A DNA stretch of 64,000 bases. It comes from an uncultured Oscillospiraceae bacterium. GTDB lineage: Bacteria; Bacillota; Clostridia; Acetivibrionales; DTU013. The notes beneath the pieces were generated by a model that did no database searches, had not been told where the DNA came from, and saw only the letters and a list, made by a program, of their open reading frames with translations. Below are positions 36,344-45,700 of this stretch, in pieces. Made by a program: the position numbers and the translations under genes. Numbering within the stretch: the stretch's first letter is position 1; the number at the start of each line of letters is the position of its first letter. The stretch is taken from contig CAZEIH010000001.1 in the NCBI GenBank assembly GCA_964512095.1, positions 126,091 to 190,090 on the forward strand. The letters run 5' to 3'.

Positions 36344-37690
36344 TCAACCCATCCGCTCCAGTGCCATCCCAATAATCTTATCAGCATAATCCGCCATAAA
36401 CATCGGAATATTCAGCAGGTCATCATCAAGGCGCAGGTTATTCAATGAAAACCTAACACGCAGCTTTACCTTGTCTTCATATTTCTCCTTGTACTTTTTA
36501 AGGCTACGGCTTTCCACATTGCTCTCGGATTTTACTTCCACTGGCAAAATATCGTTTTCTCGTTGAATCAGAAAGTCCACTTCATATCTTGGGTTTTCAA
36601 CAGTCCAATAGCGTGGCATGGCTTCAAACTGGTTTTGTAGTGCCTGCAGGACATAATTCTCACTTAACGCGCCTTTAAACTCCACAAACAGTCTGTTTCC
36701 CTCGCCAAAAGCCGAAGGAGCCAAGAGAGATAGTCGGCGCAACAATCCTACATCTGCCATATACAACTTGAATGCAGACAAATCATCGTATGCTGAAATA
36801 GGCAACCCCGGTGCGGTACTGCGGTATATCTTATAAGTCAAATTGGCATCGCACAGCCATTGCAGGGCATCTTCATATTCCCTTGCTCTGGCACCGTCTT
36901 TAACAACCTTATAGATAAATTTTTTATTTTCTCTTGCAAGCTGCGAAGGGATTGACTTCCAGATCATAGATATCTTTGGAAAGTCTTTAGGTTCAAGGTG
37001 TTTTGCAAAATCTTTTTCATATGCCCCTAGAATGTTGGACAGCACTTGTTGCATCAGCGCCACATCCCGGTCTTGCGCCCAGGAGCGAACAGACTCAGGC
37101 ATACCGCCTGTTACAAAATACATTTTTAGTTTTTCATAAAGGGGATTGAAAAAGGCCTCTGGGATAGGCTCAATACTATCCACGCTTTTCATATAATCAG
37201 CTAAGTTACCGTCACCATTAGCCATTAAAAATTCAGTAAAGGTCATTGGCATAATTTCTAAAAAATCTACTTTTCCAACTGGGAAGGACGCTGGCTTAGA
37301 CAATGTTATCCCCAATAACGATCCTGCACAGGCCACATGATAAATGGGCGTGTTCTCACAGAAATATTTCAATGTGTTCAATGCATTAGGGCATTCCTGT
37401 ATCTCGTCAAAAACAATGAGCGTTTTCTCTGGTCTGTCTCGTTTAATGATTTCACCACTGGCCATCATCAGATTTTGCAAAATGCGATTGACATCTTTGG
37501 TACTTTCAAAAAACTGCTTGTATTCAGGGTGCTCATCAAAGTTAAAATAAGCCATGTTTCCATAGTGGCGTTTTGCGAATTCCTTGAGAAGCCAAGTCTT
37601 GCCGACTTGACGTACCCCTTTTAAAATAAGGGGTTTTCTATATTTGGAGTTTTTCCAGTCCAGCAGTTTTTGCATAATCAGTCTTTCCAC
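36344..37690 (-). CDS. AAA ATPase with DUF4143-type C-terminal domain (copy 2)
   Basis: Near-identical paralog of 22283-23632. Likely GVG start VERLIMQK at 37690 after GGTGGTGG. Confidence 0.8.
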   Translation of the reverse strand: MERLIMQKLLDWKNSKYRKPLILKGVRQVGKTWLLKEFAKRHYGNMAYFNFDEHPEYKQFFESTKDVNRILQNLMMASGEIIKRDRPEKTLIVFDEIQECPNALNTLKYFCENTPIYHVACAGSLLGITLSKPASFPVGKVDFLEIMPMTFTEFLMANGDGNLADYMKSVDSIEPIPEAFFNPLYEKLKMYFVTGGMPESVRSWAQDRDVALMQQVLSNILGAYEKDFAKHLEPKDFPKISMIWKSIPSQLARENKKFIYKVVKDGARAREYEDALQWLCDANLTYKIYRSTAPGLPISAYDDLSAFKLYMADVGLLRRLSLLAPSAFGEGNRLFVEFKGALSENYVLQALQNQFEAMPRYWTVENPRYEVDFLIQRENDILPVEVKSESNVESRSLKKYKEKYEDKVKLRVRFSLNNLRLDDDLLNIPMFMADYADKIIGMALERMG

Positions 37691-37899
37691 ACTACCACCA
37701 CCAAAATAACACATTATTATACAAGTTTTGCGTATGATAATCACACTATATTGATATAGCATAGTCCAATTTCCAATATAAGTCAAGTCTAATCACGTTA
37801 TTATAAATAAATTGCTGCAAAAAATCACATTCTTATGTACTTCCTTGTCGATAGCCTACTCTGCATTATCGTATTTTAATCTACATCCTGCTGCAAAAC

Positions 37900-37930
37900 A
37901 AAACCTGCCCCGATAAACAAGGCAGGTTTT
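37900..37930. terminator. Symmetric hairpin AAAACCTGCC-N11-GGCAGGTTTT, copy 2
   Basis: Identical to 23809-23839. On the minus strand it lies about 60 nt downstream of the stop of the truncated spoIIID 5' fusion ORF. Confidence 0.6.
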
Positions 37931-38023
37931 CTTCGCTTTATGTTTCACTATTTTCCTTATGGTTTCAGCCCTTAAGCCACATATTCTATTATCCATTTAA
38001 ACCGACACCGATTGTGATAACTG

Positions 38024-38030
38024 TGTGCAC
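38024..38030. other. attR core: right copy of the 7-bp direct repeat TGTGCAC
   Basis: Identical to 15880-15886. It is the point where SpoIIID-like coding switches to the unrelated tail TVITIGVGLNG*. Confidence 0.75.
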
Positions 38031-38148
38031 CGTACTTTTACTAATACCAAATCTTTTAGCTGCTGCTCTTACTGTAGTCTTTTTATCAATAATGTAATTT
38101 GCAAGTTCTATTGCCCTCTCTTCAATATATCCCTTCAACTGTATATAC
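38025..38148 (-). CDS. spoIIID: spoIIID 5' segment (N-terminal 38 codons plus shared VH codons) of a split gene
   Basis: TTG start at 38148 with RBS AGAGGGGGT 8 nt upstream. Encodes KGYIEERAIELANYIIDKKTTVRAAAKRFGISKSTVH, colinear with the SpoIIID N-terminus and HTH. The track ORF 37989-38204 is this segment plus an element-encoded tail. Confidence 0.85.
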
Positions 38149-38505
38149 CCCCTCTTCAAGTCATACTGTGGAAAATGTGTAAAATTACTCGTATATGAAG
38201 GCATTGGGAGCCTCTTGTCTTTCAGAGCTCAATCCAGATAGTCTGAGCCGTTAATTAATACAATCGAAACAAAAGCAGCCTCATGGATATACATCAAGTA
38301 AGTTCGGTAATATATGTACTGCGGGCTGCTAAGTATGTTTCACGCCTACAGTATATATATGCCCTTTACTCCATCTATATGAATTTGTTAGTACAATACA
38401 GCAAAAAACAGAGATGGTACAACTTCGTAAAGTAACGCAGCTGTTCTCATCCCTGTTTGATATAGACCGTTCTTCATACTGGCCTGTTGCGTTGTATCGG
38501 AAATT

Positions 38506-39345
38506 TTATCCTTCAGGAAGATATCCGTTGGGTTCTTGATTTACATCGTCCTTAAGTACCTCAAAGTGTAGATGAGATTGCTCAGCAGACTCGTCCATTG
38601 CAGTATTGCCAATGCTTCCGATTATCTCACCCTGCTTCACCTTTTGATTTACAATGACTACATCATCTGCTGCCAGGTTCCTGTAGAGGGTTTTTAACCC
38701 GTTCTCGTGATCAATAACTATAGAAATTCCATAGAACTGATCATTTCTCACATCGCAAACCACACCGTCGGCAACTACTTTTACCGGAGTTCCCCTGTCA
38801 GCTGCAATATCAATGCCCTGATGAGCTCGCCATTCCTCAAGGGTTTTGGAATACACAAGCTTATCCATTGCATATTCCAGCGATATCTCGCCATCAACAG
38901 GCATTATAAAGCTTTGTTTTTTAGGCTTTTCAGGAGTGGTTTTCGCAGGTGCATCCTTATCCTTTGGCGCAGCCTCCTTGTCACCATCATCTGGATTCAC
39001 TTTATTGTCCTTGCTAACAGACGCTGGACTTCCAATATCTGAGTCCTCTTCAGGTGTTAAAGCTACAGGGTCTGTATTTAGCTTTTCCGACAACTTTTCA
39101 GCTGCATTCAGTGCCGCATCCTGTGCGTCAAGACCATCGATAGAACCATCAGAAAGATTTTTCGCTTCATAATCAGGGACCCTGGTAACAGCATTACGAG
39201 TAGTGACAAAAACATAGGTTCCAGCCACAACCGCTATACACAGCAACAGGACGATATAAAAGCCTCTCTTGTCTAAAAAATCCTTAAATTTCTTACCTTT
39301 TTCCTCTGGAAATGATTTCTTCATATTCACATGTTCCACCTCCAT
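38506..39345 (-). CDS. M23/LytM peptidase-domain membrane protein (SpoIIQ-like by position)
   Basis: N-terminal TM, a low-complexity linker, and LytM motifs HQGIDIAADRGTPV and HLHFEV. Located between spoIID and spoIIID as in other clostridia. The exact start is uncertain. Confidence 0.7.
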   Translation of the reverse strand: MEVEHVNMKKSFPEEKGKKFKDFLDKRGFYIVLLLCIAVVAGTYVFVTTRNAVTRVPDYEAKNLSDGSIDGLDAQDAALNAAEKLSEKLNTDPVALTPEEDSDIGSPASVSKDNKVNPDDGDKEAAPKDKDAPAKTTPEKPKKQSFIMPVDGEISLEYAMDKLVYSKTLEEWRAHQGIDIAADRGTPVKVVADGVVCDVRNDQFYGISIVIDHENGLKTLYRNLAADDVVIVNQKVKQGEIIGSIGNTAMDESAEQSHLHFEVLKDDVNQEPNGYLPEG

Positions 39346-39420
39346 ATATTATTGTTACCGCATATGGCAACTATATACATATGGAAGTAAAATTAGTTGT
39401 GGCAGGCGACATACAAACAA

Positions 39421-40431
39421 TTAGTCCGGTTTTATCATAGCTTCGTAGTCAGACATAGAAATGATGTCTACTCCTGTATAGTAATGCCGTAATATCTCCT
39501 TGTAGGTACCACCGGTCTTAGCAAGGCTGTTGGCCCCCCACTGGCTCATCCCCACACCATGGCCATGTCCGGTGGTTGTTATCCTCAGCAGGTCATCCTC
39601 AACAAATTCTATATTAAAGCAGGCTGACCTGAGACCCAGGATAGATCTAAATTCTGTGCCCTTAAGAATAACATTACCGATTTTCAATGTTTTTACCCTT
39701 CCGCCTGTAGTATAATCAACTATACCAATTTTATCCATTACATCTAGCTCCAAATCCGTATAAACCTTTGATAGCTTATCAATCAGTTCCTCCCCACTAA
39801 TTGAAATTGTAGCAGTATAGCCCCTTGAGGCTTCATCTCCACTGCTTTCAACACTTTTAAGATAGGGTACACTGGTACCAGCCCATACATCCTCTGCATT
39901 CTCTGTCCTTCCGGAGCTGCTTGCATGAAAAAGAGTGTTTGCTACCTTGCCTTGGTATACTACTATCATTCCCCTAGTTTCATCCACCGCTTTACTGATT
40001 TTACTCCAGTTTCTTGAGGCGAATAGCACATTCCATTTTTTCATCGCATCTTCCCTGCTAACCCATGCCTGACAATGGGTAGAGTCAGTGCATATTTCTA
40101 CGCCATCATGAACCCCCTGTTTGGATCTATACGTCTCAGACATACGTCCGTATGCAAAGGTCCTGGCCGCAACAGCCTGCGCCTTAAGTGCTTCTAAATC
40201 AAAATCAGCAGGCATTTCAGCTGCTACTACACATTTTATGTACTCCTCTAAATTGACCTTTTTACTTGCTTCAGTTATATGGTTATAAACTGTTATTTCA
40301 TAGTCCCTGGCCGGCTCCTTTATATCCTTTAGCTCTTGCACGGGATCGGGACCACAGCTTCTTACAATAATCATGGGAAGCAGAATAACGATAAGGATCA
40401 TTACCCCCGCATAGTAAATGAGCTTTTTCAT
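39421..40431 (-). CDS. spoIID: Stage II sporulation protein D (SpoIID/LytB-domain lytic transglycosylase)
   Basis: N-terminal TM. EALKAQAVAARTFA, NTLFHASSSGRTENAEDVW and GHGHGVGMSQWGAN motifs. Likely start MKKLIYY at 40431 after GGGGGG. Confidence 0.85.
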   Translation of the reverse strand: MKKLIYYAGVMILIVILLPMIIVRSCGPDPVQELKDIKEPARDYEITVYNHITEASKKVNLEEYIKCVVAAEMPADFDLEALKAQAVAARTFAYGRMSETYRSKQGVHDGVEICTDSTHCQAWVSREDAMKKWNVLFASRNWSKISKAVDETRGMIVVYQGKVANTLFHASSSGRTENAEDVWAGTSVPYLKSVESSGDEASRGYTATISISGEELIDKLSKVYTDLELDVMDKIGIVDYTTGGRVKTLKIGNVILKGTEFRSILGLRSACFNIEFVEDDLLRITTTGHGHGVGMSQWGANSLAKTGGTYKEILRHYYTGVDIISMSDYEAMIKPD

Positions 40432-40482
40432 CAGGACCCCCCCTATAGCCATAAACTGCTGTTTTGATAATATATATTCGCA

Positions 40483-40513
40483 TAAAAAAAAAGTATGCGA
40501 ATGCCCGCATACT
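40483..40513 (-). terminator. Rho-independent terminator after murA
   Basis: Stem AGTATGCG / CGCATACT followed by a 9-nt T run on the minus strand. Confidence 0.7.
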
Positions 40514-40556
40514 CTGTCCTATACTCTATCGAAGACGGCCTCTTTAGGTTGACTAC

Positions 40557-41819
40557 CTACTCTTCTCCTGACCTTGTGATAACCGCTCCAAGCTTCCTCA
40601 GCTTCTCGTCTATTTGTATATAACCTCTGTCTATGTGCTCGATATCCGATATTTCGGTTATCCCTTCGGCACAAAGCCCCGCAAGAATCAGAGCGGCTCC
40701 TGCCCTGAGGTCTGTAGCCTTCACCTTAGCCCCGGTTAGACCGGCACACCCTTCTATTATAGCACTTCGGCCCTCAACCTTTATATTTGCACCCATTCTT
40801 TTCAGCTCGCAAATATGCATGAAGCGGTTTTCAAATATGGTTTCTATAACCATACTGGTACCAGCCGCCATGCTGAGCAATGAAGTCATTTGCGACTGCA
40901 TATCCGTAGGGAATCCCGGATATGGATGGGTTTTTATATCAACAGCGTTAACCCTACTTCCTCTTACCCTTATGGAGGTAAGCTCCTCCGAAACCTCTAC
41001 CCCGGCTTCCCTAAGCTTTGCGGTGACAGGCTTCAGATGATCTGTAACAACATTTTCAACAACAACATCTCCCCCGGTAATAGCAGCTGCAACCATAAAA
41101 GTCCCTGCTTCTATTCTATCAGGTATGATTGTATGGCTGGCTGCTTTGAGATCGCTGACGCCATGAATCTTTATCGTATCTGTTCCAGCTCCCTTGATTT
41201 CAGCCCCCATAGATATCAGATATGTGGCCAGGTCCACTATTTCAGGCTCTATTGCTGCATTTTCTATGACAGTATATCCCTGAGCCAAGGTAGCAGCCAT
41301 CATTATATTTTCAGTTGCTCCCACACTGGGAAAATCCAAATACACCTTTCCTCCAGTAAGCCGGCCTTTCATTCTAGCTTCAATATAGCCATGTCCCTGT
41401 GTAATAGACGCCCCAAGGGCCGTAAACCCCTTCAGATGCAGATCTATGGGTCGAGAGCCTATAGCGCACCCTCCGGGCAGAGATATCCTCACATGCCCTG
41501 TCCTAGCTAGCAATGGGCCGGCAACCAAAAAAGAAGCCCGCATCTTATTAACCAGCTCATATGGTGCTGTTGTATTTGTCAGAGAACTACAACAAACCTC
41601 CAGCCTGCTCTGGTCATTAGACAGAGTAATGGAAGCACCCAGTGACTTTACAAGATCACACATTATTCTTACATCATTAAGATAGGGAATTTCATCAATG
41701 AGACTACTGCCATCGGCTAGCAATGCCGCCGCTATGATTGGAAGCACCGAATTCTTTGCTCCGCTGATACGAACATTGCCCTTAAGCGGCTTGGTATCCG
41801 AAATTATCAGTTTGGACAA
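40557..41819 (-). CDS. murA: UDP-N-acetylglucosamine 1-carboxyvinyltransferase
   Basis: 420 aa. SGAKNSVLPIIAAALLA, LPGGCAIGSRPIDLHLKG (catalytic Cys) and FPTDMQSQ motifs. Confidence 0.95.
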   Translation of the reverse strand: MSKLIISDTKPLKGNVRISGAKNSVLPIIAAALLADGSSLIDEIPYLNDVRIMCDLVKSLGASITLSNDQSRLEVCCSSLTNTTAPYELVNKMRASFLVAGPLLARTGHVRISLPGGCAIGSRPIDLHLKGFTALGASITQGHGYIEARMKGRLTGGKVYLDFPSVGATENIMMAATLAQGYTVIENAAIEPEIVDLATYLISMGAEIKGAGTDTIKIHGVSDLKAASHTIIPDRIEAGTFMVAAAITGGDVVVENVVTDHLKPVTAKLREAGVEVSEELTSIRVRGSRVNAVDIKTHPYPGFPTDMQSQMTSLLSMAAGTSMVIETIFENRFMHICELKRMGANIKVEGRSAIIEGCAGLTGAKVKATDLRAGAALILAGLCAEGITEISDIEHIDRGYIQIDEKLRKLGAVITRSGEE

Positions 41820-41866
41820 GTCATTCTCCCCTTTATCATCATTTGTATTTTTGTCAAACTACTCTG

Positions 41867-42622
41867 TCAGTACACTGTGGTTATGACCGGTGTTGCAAGC
41901 CATATGTAGGTTTTGCCTTCATATGAGTTATATCGGACTGCCATGTTCATATTAATGCTTTTTCCGTTCACATTCACAGTCTCGCTAATAGATGGCGAAA
42001 ACGCCGAAACACTAACAAGACCGTTATCATGAATTCCTTCAACCTTATTAGCACCAATGCTTTCAAAAGCTCTTATGTACAAATCCTCAATGGCATCCTC
42101 CTCCAATTTGCCAGCAATACTACCCGCCAAAGATATATTAGTCTTATAATCAATCCCTCGTTTATCCAAGCATGCTACTATAGCCGCTACATTCTTTTTA
42201 ACAGAAGGCTTGGTAGATGTATCAAAAAAGCTAATGACTACATTACTCTTATCCTTATCCTTTTTTGATCCTGATACTGAAAGCAATATGGTTTTATTTC
42301 CATCTATTATGTAATTAATCTCCACTCCCTGTGTATAGTCATTTTCGATGGTATTAAAAACCGGAACCTCTTTTGAATACACAGCTCCGATACCACGAAC
42401 AATTTCTTCAAGGAGGATGGATGCTGTACCCTCGTCCATAACCTTCCTTTCCGATACTCCTCGTACATATATCTCTGAACTGACAGCAGCTGCACCAGTT
42501 TCGTAAAATGCCTTATATATGGCATCAGCCCCAGAACTAAAATCATTCTCCTTCTGTATCATTATTGTTAAAACGGAAATAAATAAAGCAATAGCAAATA
42601 TAAGCAGACAAATTTTTTTCAT
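41867..42622 (-). CDS. Hypothetical secreted / membrane-anchored protein (same position as ywmB upstream of murA in Bacilli)
   Basis: 251 aa with an N-terminal hydrophobic anchor. The assignment rests on synteny only. Confidence 0.4.
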   Translation of the reverse strand: MKKICLLIFAIALFISVLTIMIQKENDFSSGADAIYKAFYETGAAAVSSEIYVRGVSERKVMDEGTASILLEEIVRGIGAVYSKEVPVFNTIENDYTQGVEINYIIDGNKTILLSVSGSKKDKDKSNVVISFFDTSTKPSVKKNVAAIVACLDKRGIDYKTNISLAGSIAGKLEEDAIEDLYIRAFESIGANKVEGIHDNGLVSVSAFSPSISETVNVNGKSINMNMAVRYNSYEGKTYIWLATPVITTVY

Positions 42623-42776
42623 GTTGAACCCCCTTTTTCTTCGGCAATTGGTTGTTTACCGTAACATGATTACATTACAGTCACAATAAAATTATTGCCT
42701 CATAAAAGTGAGCCTATACATGAAAAATTTCTATATCCTTCACCATTAATGGATGATAAGCATGTTTTTTGAAAAA

Positions 42777-45700
42777 TTAAAGCTCTCCCGCAAAACGCAG
42801 TACCTTTTCCAAAAGCACCATAGCCTCAGCCCGGGTAACAGTATCTCCGGGGCCCAGTATATCAGAAAATCTGCTGGTTATTATCCCGTTATCCTGCGCA
42901 TAGCGCAGCCTTGGAAGCAGTGACGCACTGGCCTGACCAATGTCCCTGTAAATAGACATATCAGCCGTGTCCGATGTGGCCTTCTGCCCAGTTTTTAACT
43001 CACACACCCTCATTGCCATAGAGATAAGCAATTCTCTTGAGCAATAGGAACCGGCTTTGTCTTTGTCCACGCCTTTTATTATACCTGCCTTTGCTGCTAA
43101 TGTCATATAGTCTGCTCCATAATCTTCGTCCATAACATCTAGCATAAATTTCACACCATCACCTATCGTAAGGTTCTTGGATGGCTCAAAGCTACTTCCC
43201 TTAACAGACTTGAGCTCATGAGTCGCTGCAACATTTCCTATGGACCTTGCAGCATAGCTCCTTGAAGTATCATCATAGAATTCATGCCCCTGGTCTACAG
43301 CCGCCATCCTTCCAGGGACGGGCATTTCAAAGGAAAGTAGCCCCTTCTTGATATCCGGATTAAAGCTACCGACTCCAATTGTTTTCTGCCAACTATCATC
43401 ACCATCAGGTAAATAGTATCCAAATGTAGTTCCTGGCTTATACCAGCTTGCTTGGCTGTAATCATATACAATCTTTAGTGGCTTTTGGAATTTTGCAATA
43501 CTAAAGGTCATCCCATCAAGTACGCTTACATCCACTTTTGAAACCGGCGTTTTAAAGGTCATATTACTGACATTGCCTTCAATAGTGCTTTGAGGAGTTA
43601 TCTCTATTACAAAATCGCCGCCATTGGTACCATGGACGTATGCTCCATTGGCGTTAGCTAAAGCACCGGGCCTTACTATGTAGGTATTTGAGCTAGTCCT
43701 TAGTATGAGGTTCTCTCCAAGCATACCCAGAGCCGTAAATACCTTCTGGGATATCCTGATTGAAATTATCTTTGTACCAGAAGGTTCCTTTTTCATATCT
43801 ATAGTATGGTCAAGGTTGTTATCAGTTTGAACATGTTGTATGAACCGGTCAGCATTGATCCCTGTTATTCTGATATTCCAGACTCCATTTATGGCTGCAT
43901 TGTCCTTAACTATATAATCCCCGGAGATAACACCGCCGGTATCTTCACTGGAATCATAATCATCGCTTGAGCGCAGTGTTCTTACAGTAACGCTTTGCGT
44001 TGGTGCCGAAAATAAATCCTTATCAGGGTCATATGCATATAGTCTAGCATAATATCTGAAATTGGACCTGAGATCTTCCACTGTAAACTCTGAAGCATTA
44101 CTTATTTCATGCCTTATACTATCTGAATAGCTTATATCCTCAGCAATTTCCAGTGTGTAATCCATTCCTTCCTGGGTGAGCCACTCATATGTGATGCTGT
44201 TTTTTGTAATGGCATTAGAGCCGCCCTTTACCCCAAATCCCAGAGGGGTGTCAGGAGGTATATCTTTTAATGTTCTCACTATATATGAGTCACTGAAATC
44301 AGAACGCCTTTTTTCACCTGATGCATTTGATGCTTCAGCCTGTATCCAGAAATAATAAACAGTATCCGGGCTCAGATTGTTAACCCTGTAATACGTAGCA
44401 AATTCAAGTTGATCTGGGGTTATTTCCAATCTGTTTGTACTTGCGTCCAAGCGATCAACGGTTCCGTATTCCAGGTAATATACATACTCACTTCTAAAGT
44501 CCCACCCCAAATCAATAAATGTATCCCCAGTATGGAAATAATTAAATACTGGGACAGTAGGCTTCTCAATTACTTCAGGTAATTCGGGTATTGTAGTGAT
44601 GATAATGGGATCCGAAGGTCCTGAAACCAGATTTACGCTACGCCTTGAGGCTCTTACCCATACAATATATGTTTTATTTGGCTCAAGATCAGTGAGAGTT
44701 ATGTCAATATTATGTCTGCGTTTGTCCTGTACGGCATCAACATCATTTATATCTTCTTCTGTATCGTTAGGAAGTGATGGAAAACCAATAATTTTGTTTG
44801 CCGGCAAATTCTCAAGATCATTGTAATCAATGTCCGGAGAATATTCCACACACCCCACATCAATGGTCACACCGCTGTCGTATTCAACCTTTCGGAATCT
44901 CAGCGGGTCAATTGTCTCTATGTCATTAGTCTGGTCATTATCATAATTCTTTTCCAGCTCTACTGCGTTGAAGGGAGGAAGCTCCAATGCTCCAGCAGCA
45001 TCTATTTCGCTGGTTGTTCTATAATACCAAGACCATCTTTCCCCATCTACAGGGCTCGAATCAGGTCTAGGCGTATTCGAATATTCCTCATACCATGCAT
45101 TTTGCACTGTAACTACTGCAGATGTATTTGTTATGCTATCCTTACCCTCTGAGTCCTTCTTGATTCTAAATGGCGGAGTACCTGGAACTAAGGGCTGATC
45201 AATGGGACCTGTTGTAGGCGTTATGATAACCTTCATCGCCGCATCAGACTCTAGTGTTATATGTTGAAGCTCACTTTCGATAAATTCCACATAATCCTTT
45301 TTTGCAACTATTTTAAAATAATAAGTGGAGTTTGGGATCAGATCCTTTACCTGGTACTTATAGCCAATCAGCTTTGTACCACTCATTACAAAGTTACTTT
45401 GATTCATTTTCACGGAGGCCGCTATCATTGTCCCTGATGGTGGGTCATCAATGAGATTTGGATCATTTATCAACCAAATGTCATACATCACATCTGTATC
45501 CACATCTCCATTGCCCTTTAAAGGTGTCCTCCACAGAATTACTGCACTATCAGCCTTCAATTCATCCTCATATGAAATGATGACCTCTCCAGCATTGCGA
45601 AAATCCGGGACAAGCTCAGGTACAGGCGGTATTGAAGGCACCTCAGATTCCTTTACATAAATTTTGGTGGACTGTATTCTTATTCCCGGATACACATCCT

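Larger units (their letters stand above)
15887..38030. mobile_element. 22.1-kb composite integrated element interrupting spoIIID (skin-like intervening element); unit 1 about 15887-23929, unit 2 about 23930-38030
   Basis: Bounded by TGTGCAC repeats inside a split spoIIID. Carries two large serine recombinases, duplicated right-end modules and an internal attP-like site. Deleting 15887-38030 restores an in-frame 87-aa SpoIIID. Confidence 0.85.
36353..38030. repeat. Direct repeat copy 2 (right-end module of unit 2)
   Basis: Collinear with 22295-23929. Ends at the attR core. Confidence 0.8.

Noticed and set aside
15887-38030. Prophage or conjugative-element interpretation of the insertion
   Set aside because: No terminase, capsid, tail, relaxase, coupling-protein or type IV secretion genes were seen. 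Only recombinases, small accessory ORFs, ATPases and cargo are present, which fits a non-autonomous integrative/intervening element better.
37989-38204. 71-aa ORF as an independent gene
   Set aside because: Its N-terminal extension lacks an RBS. The internal TTG at 38148 has a strong RBS and starts SpoIIID-like sequence, and the last 9 residues are element-derived. It is interpreted as the 5' segment of split spoIIID.
38149-38215. Sigma-E-type promoter for spoIIID (TCATATA, 14 nt, CATTTTCC)
   Set aside because: The -35-like part is good but the -10 matches the CATACAnT consensus poorly. This is not enough to call it without a position-weight-matrix scan or transcription start data.
40531-40549. 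Third copy of the 46-bp palindromic element after murA
   Set aside because: Only about 19 nt are similar and the outer GTCTTCA/TGAAGAC stems are missing. It may be a relic or chance, so it is mentioned but not annotated.
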